From: Candidatus Omnitrophota bacterium
GTDB lineage: Bacteria; Omnitrophota; Gorgyraeia; Zapsychrales; Fredricksoniimonadaceae
Direction: 5' to 3'
NCBI GenBank assembly: GCA_903944345.1
Contig: CAJARJ010000019.1
Span: 7,480 to 71,479 of the forward strand
DNA: 64,000 bases
The notes under the pieces are model-generated. The model did not search any database, was not told the DNA's origin, and saw only the letters and a list, made by a program, of their open reading frames with translations. The position numbers were made by a program, and so were the translations under genes. Numbering within the stretch: position 1 is the stretch's first letter; every line of letters starts with the position of its first letter. Shown piece by piece: positions 54,401 through 63,400 of the stretch.

Positions 54401-57400
54401 AGTTCGTGATCGTTTGGTAACAATGATGGAAAAATGGATCGCGCCTCTTGTTGAAAGTCGTAAACAGGCCGGCGAGACCAGCCCTACCGGTGGCATCAAC
54501 TCAAAGATTGTACGTGAGGCCGTTGAAGATCATCTGGCGAATGATCCACTGGAAAGGTCTCAACTAGAGACAAGCGCCGGGAGGCTGGAAGGTTCCAGCG
54601 GCAAGAAAGTTGAAGCAGGATCCAAAGAATATGGCGAAGCGGTTGAGGCCGCGCAGATTCTGGCGCGGCATAATTTGAGGACAGTCGAGAGACAAAGGGA
54701 CTCCCGCAGCGAAGAGTGGGTCGCAGATGAGCAGCTGCAGCGGGCGCAAAGGGAACTTGCCGAGGTAGAAAAGGAGCTTGGTTCCGCCACAGCTTCTTCT
54801 GCAGACACCAGGGTTGACACGAAAGATTCCGTGCCGCAAACCGCGGATACCGATGTTGTCAAGGCTTTGCAGCAAAGGAAGGCTGACCTGAACACCGAAA
54901 TTTCCCGATTGGAGGCATTTCTTCAAGAAAATTCCTCGTCAGCACAACCAAAAGAGATCGCTCAATTAAAGAGAGAACACAGGCAGGCTGTCGCTGCTGC
55001 CGAGGTAGCCGATAAGCACCGGGCTTTGCACGAGAGTGGTCAGACAGCGGAAAAGGTTTTGAAATCACAGGAGGCCGGCGGCAAAAGATGGTATGCCTCA
55101 GCAGAAGGGTTTGTCAGGAGGCACAAGGCTTTATTGACCCTGGAACAGCGCAAGCTGGCTTCCAAAGAATTGGAGTTGGCGCAAGCAAAGCAGAAGCTTG
55201 AAAATAGCTTGCAGGCACCCGAGCAAGCCGAAACTAAAGAAAAGATCGAGGCTCTGGAGAAAGATGTTTTTAATCTCCAAAAGTTGATGCTGGCTCACGA
55301 GTCCAGACTTGGTTGGGCCGAATTTTTTGCGGGAGCCAGGGCAAAGGGACAAATTAATCCATTAGAGTTTTTAAGCCTCAAGGGAAAAATAGAACGAATT
55401 GAGCATGATCCCAGTTATTCCAGAGAGCAGGCCGAAGATCTGGCGAGCAAAAAGCAGGAACTGGATAAGTTCGAGGCGACAGTAAAGGCTTTGGAGGCTG
55501 CGAAAGAGTCCTATGAAAAGGGGGAGAATGTCGATGCTGCTGCCAGTCTGCAGAAAGCGGCGGAAAATGATCCTGGATTAAGGGAGGTTTTTCCGGAATT
55601 ATTCAAGACAAGCAAGCCATCCGCTCCCGAACAGTCCGAAGCGGTTGAACAGCCAAAGCCGGCAGAGGCGGAAGCTTCCAGACAGCAAGCTACGCCAGCC
55701 CAACAGCAGCAGGCCCGTCCACAGGGAGATTTGGCAGCCAGGCAAAAAGAACAGGCGGCTCAGCTGGAAGCAATGCGTCAGCGGCAAGCTTCCAGTTCCG
55801 GAAAAACGTCGGTTGCCGCAGAAAAGCCGACGGCGGAGAAACCCGAAGCCCCGGCAAAAGTTGAGCTGTCCGAAAGTGTATCTGAATCTGTCAGAGCGGA
55901 AGGTCAGTCGAAGGAAACAATTGAGCTTCCTGAAAATATTCCATGGTCACAAGTCCAGCAGAATGTTCTTGAACGGATGGCACAAGTTGCTGGCCTTAAA
56001 GAAGGTTCGACATTGGAAGGAAGCAAAGACAGGCTGGACAAGGATATAGCCGGGCATACACAATCGGTGGGGACTCATTATGATCTTGCTCTCAGGCAGT
56101 ATGAAGTCGAGATAGCTGGCAATAAAGCACTGACTACGGGTGAAAGAAAAGCTCGCTTGGACCTTGTCAGAAGCGAGCTGGCGTTTCAGCGCGAGCATAT
56201 GCTTCGTCTGTTTCAGGCAGAACGAACGCCTTTGGAGGAGGCGCGATTTGAAGCATCCGAGTACAAGCTTGATGTGCAGGCCGCGAAATGGGAGCTGAAC
56301 AGGCCGCAGGATATTCATTTGAGCGGGGAGGGACACCTCTCTGCCTTCGATCAAATGCGGGATGAAGCCAGGACGGAGTTGGACAAGATTGATGTGCCCG
56401 ACTTGTCGGCACTGTTAGAGCACCGGGCCGCCCCCAGGGTTATTACCAGAAGAATGGTTGGAGCAAAAGGACTGGACTGGAAGAAATTCGTGGATGCTCT
56501 GCCCCAAGAAGGTGTTGAGCGCGATGCTCATCAAACTGATCAGGTCACGCTAACAAAAGATTTTGATAGAACCAAGACGGGCGGCTACCTTAAAGGCAAA
56601 GATGCCGCAGAGGTTGTTTTGAATAGAAGTCTTGATCCGAAAGAGGTTGAAGTTAAAGTTGAACAGACATTAAACCGCTTAAGAGAAGTGAAGGAACGGG
56701 TTGCGGCCATGAGAGTGGTCGGTGACATGGTTCGTGAAATGGCCGATGCCCGTGAGCTGAAAGGGACAGCGCTGTATCTTGTGAAAGCCGCCGAAGCCAC
56801 CGCAGTCCGGATTGATCTGAGAAAAAGATACGACAATCTGTTTCTTGAATTGAGGGATGATTACCGCATTCCTTTGAAGGATTTGACGCCAGAACAGCAG
56901 TTGGCGGTGGTAAAGTTCAATAAATATGTTTTTGGTGAATCCGGTGATTATCTGACACCAAAAGAATTCGTTGGGAGGGTGAGGGATGTACAAGAATCAG
57001 TTTTGTCCATTTTGCAGGACCAAGCTAAGGGGTTCGGGGAAGGTGCGGAAAATATAGTTGGCGAATTAAGCAGGATTGAAGCAAGAATTCAAGAGGTTGG
57101 AAACGAAATTGATTTGGCCTATTCCCTGGCGGTTTTGTCGCACGCAAGGACGGATAAGTCGGCGACTCCGGCGATAGAAGATCTTTTGCGTCAGGTGGAA
57201 CACTCCAAAGATGTGCCGATTGATCAGCAAACAATAGACAACATCAAGGAGCAGGCGGGGAGCATTCTTCCTTCTGCCAAAGAGGTAGCTGTTTCGACAG
57301 AGAAAGAGCCCTTTGCCAAACGAGCTCTCGACTATCTTGGCCAGGGTTCGCAACAGCAGAAAGACCAGGCGATTTTTGCCGTAACCAAACGGCTGACAAC

Positions 57401-60400
57401 GCTGGAGAAAACGGTCGAGACAGCCCAGGAACGTTCCCGTTTGCGCCGAGACCTGGAGCCTTTGCGTCGGGCGGTTACGGTCTTGCAGACCCAGGAATAT
57501 ATCCGGCACGATATATTTAGAAAGCTTGAGGCTGCGCGCACGAATAATTCAACTCGGGAACAGGAGATTGACCTGATTGAACGTGAAGCTAAGCGCATGA
57601 CGTATATTGACACGGATGTTTTTCGCTCCCTTGAAATGGGTCGTCCGGGGGAGCGCGCTTTTATGGATTATCTGATGTTGACGGAGTTGTTTAGAAATCC
57701 CGAGATCAAGACCCCGAAAGAGTTGGAAGCAGCATTGAAAAAGAAACTTAGTGGCGATGAGAATCTCAAACCGGATAGGATTGAGCAGGAATTGACACAA
57801 GGGGACAATCAAAATCGCCTGCAGATCACGTTAGATGTATTCAACCAGCATAAAAACACTGCTCCGATTAAAGCCCTCAATCAGATGCTAAAAGATTTGA
57901 ACAGAACGCATACTTCGGTGACAGATGGTTTCAGATCCGCCTTGAGCAGACGGGAGGGGTTGAGCCCGGAGGGTGAAGCGGGCAATATCGTAGATAAGAG
58001 GATTCGAGAAGCTCAGGAACAGATAGAGAGTATGTTGGAAATTATGTATGCCAAAGATTTTGAACTCGACAGAGGGGCCGAGATTACCGAGACGCTGCGA
58101 ACAGATAATAGTGGTGTAACCGAAATGAAACGCCGCTTTGTGATGGCGGAAGGTATTGCCCAGCAGGCTATTGGCTTGCCCGGAACGGTGGTGGTCAAGG
58201 GTACGGGAGGTGGTAAAACGCTTATTCAGCTCATGGGAGTGGAGTTAAGTCATATTGTCAGTGGACGCCAGGGGGCCACCACGACCATCATCACGCCTGA
58301 ACCGGCTAATATGATTGATTACATGAAAAGAGTCAATGAATTGTATGGTAAGGCAAAAGGACAGGGGGAGACAGATCACAAGACCAGATATTTTGCCGTT
58401 TCTGAAGGCAAGGTTTATCGTTTTGATGGAGAAAATGGTGTCAATAAGGATGGCTGGAAGCTTGTCACCAGAGGTGGCAAGCCTGTGGAGGCGCGGGAAT
58501 TCGAAATGACAGACAAGAAGGAGGGAGAATCTGCGGTTGTTATGATGACCTCCCGCGATGCTTATGATATGCGGATTCAGCCCGATTCCAAGGGGTATGA
58601 GTTCTTGAAATCTATGAAAGAGGGAAAGAACGAAGTTATTATGGATGATATTCAGGAAATGACCCGCGGTTCGGGGCTTGTTCTGGGTGGAGCTTATTCT
58701 GTAAAGGAACTGATTGCCAATGGCGGGCGGGCGGAAGCTGATGAAATTAGGGGGGCGGCCCAGATGGCTGCGCAGGTTTATAATTTAACAAAAAACTATT
58801 TATCCGAACGTTCCCTGAGTACTGCATTTGAGCGGGTGGATGCTCAACTGGTTGACCATATCAAGTCGCAGGTTTTTGGAAATGGGGTCGGTCGGCTTCC
58901 TTATTCCGAAACGTCCGAGAAACGCGTTTATGAGTTTATTGATGCGGCCTGGCGGCATTTCCGTCGGGTCAAAGGCAGCGATTATCATGAAGTTGTTGTG
59001 GATGAGAAAACAAAAAGCACGGCTTATGTTGTCAGGGTCAAGGATGTCCGCGGCGAAAGAGGAGTAGAGTTGACCTGGGAAGGCGAAAATCATCAGGGCC
59101 CCAGAACCCAGAGATTTGAGAAAGAAGAGGATTTCTACAGTTTTCTGAAGCAGAACGCCGAAGCCATGACTTTGGGGTATTCCAAGGGGTTTGTTCTGGC
59201 TGATCGGTCAGTGGCCACCAAGGATCATATTTTTCATGATCCGGCAGACGCGGCCATTTGTTCAGTTGCGGTGGGAGCTGACCTGCGGGTTACTGCTGAT
59301 TATCTGGTGCGGCCCAAGAAAGCCTTGTCGGCTGATATTTTCAAGGTTGCCTCTCTGGTCGGGGCGGAACGGATAACGTTTTATAGCGCGTCTCCGGATC
59401 TTGATGCTATCAAGGAGATGGGGCTGGATGTCACCTTTTCTCGGGATGGAGGAATGCGTCAACGGGGCGATCTGGTTCTGGTGGGCAGAGCTCCGGAACT
59501 AAAACAGGGGCAGTTGGAATTTCGTTATGGCCGCGGCCGCGAGATGCTGACGGAAGCGGTGCAACAGATTGTGCGTGATATTCGTGCGGACCCGTTTACT
59601 GTCCAAAGAAGAGCGGGCGAACGCGTAGTTGCCGTCAAGGTAGGGGTTCTGGTTCTGGATCGCGCGGATTATGCCCATGAGGCCAGGGAGGCGGCTCTTG
59701 CCGCCACACGGCATGATCCTTACCAGCATGTGGTTGAAGTGACTTTTACAGGAGACCGGAAACAAAGCATAATTGCCGCGCAGGCCAGGTTGCAGGAAGT
59801 GGCTGCCGGGTATTTTACGAAAGACATGTTTGAACGCGTTGGCCCCAAGGATCAAACCTGGGAGCAGTTCGTGGAAGACTGTCTTGGTAAGAATATAATT
59901 TTGCGTGATCCGGACAAGGTGGATCCGAACACGCGCGCGAACACGGAAACGCTGCAAGACTTTGTGACGGCTGGCAAGATTCGTTTTACTACCGATGCCG
60001 CCACGCATCCCAAAGTGTCCCGGGAGATCCAGACCATTATTGAGAAGTCTTCAAAGCAGAAGATCATTGTTGTCCTTCCCAAATTTGAAGCCGGTTCGAA
60101 TCTGCTGGAGTTTTTCTCTGACAAAGGAGAGCGGATCCTTTTTGGCGCTTCTATCCGTCATGTCGGGCGCATGGAAGACAGCACGTTTTACCTTCAGCTG
60201 GTCGGACGCGGAACTGATAATTACAAAGAAACAGAGACCAATCGCGCTTACTTGTTGGGTGGTAAAATGACCACTTATGTGGACACCGCACGTATGTCGG
60301 CCACGCAGCGGGAGGCGTTTAGGGCGGCAGAGAATAAGGAAGAGAAGCTCTGGGAGCTGGCGCATACCTATGAGCGTGAGCTGGGCGTGCAGGCCGCTCA

Positions 60401-63400
60401 CCGGGCCAGATATTCCCTGTTGGATCTAAAGCTCGATGGTTATGGCCTCGAAACCAAATTAAGCGATACCGAACGTAATCAGCAGGCTCATTACGACAAG
60501 ATCATTCTGGAAAAAGGAGAAATGTATCGCGGCTTTTCCAGTTTCTATCTTCCGGAAAGAAATACGCAGTCTGTTCGCTGGTCTGTGCTTGACCGGATGG
60601 ATCTGGCAGAAGAAGGAGTTTCTTACAGAGCCTGGCAGGACTCGTTTCGCCCCTTCCGGGAAACACAGTCGGGCACACAGCTTGTGCGGGAACTGGTTTC
60701 CCAGCAGGCCGTGTCTTCCGAGGATCTGGACCGGTTGATGTTCACCCGCGATCAGAGCGGGCGTATTACAGACTCTCCTGTTTTCGAGATCGGGCGTAAC
60801 GGCGGCTTGACCGGTAATACGACGATGGTTGGAACCGTGGCCATGCGTATTTTACAGGATGAGCATCATGGCGGTCAGCCAGCCACCCGCAACGATCTGG
60901 AGGGCATACTCAACCGGGCGCGCCAGGAAGTGACCAGCTACATTTCTGCCGGAGCCAAGCTGGAGCAGGGAACAGATGGCGAGCTCATGTGGGTCAAGCG
61001 GGATGACGAGGGTCTTTATATGGACGTTATTCCGGCCGGAACAAAAAGATATAAGGTGAACGCTGCCGATACGCAGGAGTTTCAGGTGGTGGAGCGTTAT
61101 AATTACAATCCTGCCGGTCAGGGAGCGTATTGGGCAAAAAGTTTCCTGGCTTTGCCCTCGGGCGCTCCAGCCCAGGGACTGACGGTGCACGGAACAATAA
61201 TTCCTGACGGAGCGCAGGTGGACCAGAGTGGACAGTATGTCTTGACACAGAATTTTTCTCATCCTGACCAGCCGAATGTTCTGGCTTTGCTGGTGAACGG
61301 GCAGATGATCGTCAAGGAAAAAGGAGAGCTCTCCAAAGAGGATGTGGAGGCGGCCGGAGGAGATTGGGAGCAGATCAAAGAAAAGTTGACCCAGGCCAAA
61401 GAGCGGCTGGCCGACATTAAAGAGGATACGATCATATTTGATTCTGCTGTGACGGCAGAAAAAGCGCAGGCACTGCTTTTGGATATGTCCGCAACACAAC
61501 CGCTTCGGCGAGTGATTCAAGCGGCTGTTGAAGGTTATTATCAGCTAAATGCGCATTTGCCCCGCGAACGGCTGGCGGCGATTGTTGGGGAGAATAACGT
61601 TGGTGTTTTGGAAACCGCTTTGCAGCAAGCGGGTCTTGTTGATGCGGCGGGAACTGTGCAGGAGAAGAAAAAAGTAGTACTTGAAAAAGACGAACCTGCG
61701 CAGTCATGGACGGCCCTGATGCCCTCCCGGATGCCTTCCAGAGTAAACACGGCAGAAGATGAGAAAGACAGGGCACAGAAAGCTGAAAAGAGAGCCCGCG
61801 ATCTGGCTGTAGCTTTAAACTTGCCCAGGAGCTACCACGAGCATGCTTTGGCCATTCTGGAAAGCCTGAGAGATTCTTTGGAAATAGATATTCCTTTGCG
61901 GCAGTTTGTTTCGGGCACAGAGCGCCTGCAAGCTCCGGATGGAATTGTGCGTTTGTCGGCTGAAACTATGGACAGACGCGTTATTGACGTCTCTCTTCAG
62001 AGTCAGACGGCTCGCCGTGAAGGACAGCTGCGTCAGCAGGCTGGCGAGCGGGGAGACTTGGATGCTGTTCGGGCGCACACCAGAAATATCAACCGGTCGC
62101 TTGCCGGAATTCTGAAGTATCGCGCCGGACTTTCTTTGGCCCCTACGGTGACGAAAGAAATCTTCAAGGATATCAAGGATGCGGCTGTTAATAAAGATGC
62201 ATTGATTCAGGCATTGAGAGCTGCCGGGTATATTGATGACAAAGGCTTTTTAAAAGATGACAGTTTCTTTGCTGTGAAAACTGCGGCAGATCTGAATATT
62301 GGCCTTGATCTGAAAGATGAAGACAAGGACAAGGTCTTTGAGGCGCTGGTCAAGGCGGAAACAATCCGTATTAATATTGATCGTGGTTTGTCACGTTCAG
62401 AATATACGCTGGAAGATTTTGACGGAAAACAGGAGAAGGCACAGGCTTTACTGGATCAAATTCGCAGGGATTCCAGTATTAGCGCTCCGACTCCGCAAGA
62501 CGGCCATCCCGCTGAAGATCCGGTAGCGGCGCTTAATCAGTTGTTGTCTGACCAGACAGGATCTGCGTTCTTGCCCCAAAAGGATTCTGTCACTCCTCTG
62601 GAAGTCCGCCGGGCCATCAAGGCTAAATATGAAAAACTGGCTCCCGAGGATCGCGATCTGGGCCAGGATAAAGATGAGCTGACCATTCGTCTTTTGCGTA
62701 CGCTGGGGAGCAAAGTTCGTGATGTAAAAGGTGATCTTGTCCCCTTGTCCCAAATTCGTCAGCTGGAAATGGATTTTTCCCTGCTGGATGACGGCCAGGC
62801 GGCGCAGGCCACAAATTCTTCGATCAAGCTGGGCCTTGATGCGTTTCTCACCGCGCTGGCGGACAATAACAAGTCCGGTTTCCGTTTTGTTCGTCACGAA
62901 GGTATGCACGTCTGGGATCGCAATCTCTCCCGGCATAAACTGGAGGCCCGGCGAATTGCGGGCAAAGTGGATGTCATCCCCCGTTCGGCACGCATACGGT
63001 TTGAGGATTATAAAGTTTTTCAGACAGACACTCTGCGTGCCAGATTGAATGAAAACAAGGTTGGAATTTTGAGTGATCCTTTTGCTTTTATCAGGGACAT
63101 GGAAACGCTGGGCTATGTCAGGAAAGAAAAGGATCATTACATTAAGACCGACAAGTTCTACCAGGAAACCAACGGAATGGTTTTTAAGAAACTTCCCGGG
63201 TATGACACGCAGGAACAGCGCAAGTTTGTTTTTGAGCTTCTTAATAATGGAGAAGAAATCGGTATATATGACAAGGATTTTGCTCTTGGCGAAGTCTTTA
63301 CCCAGAGAAAGGAAGGCAGGGATTATCTGCAGGAATTGTCCCGGGCCATGGAGCAGGGAGATATGCAGGAGGTTCGGCGGATGTCTGCCATTGTGGAAGA

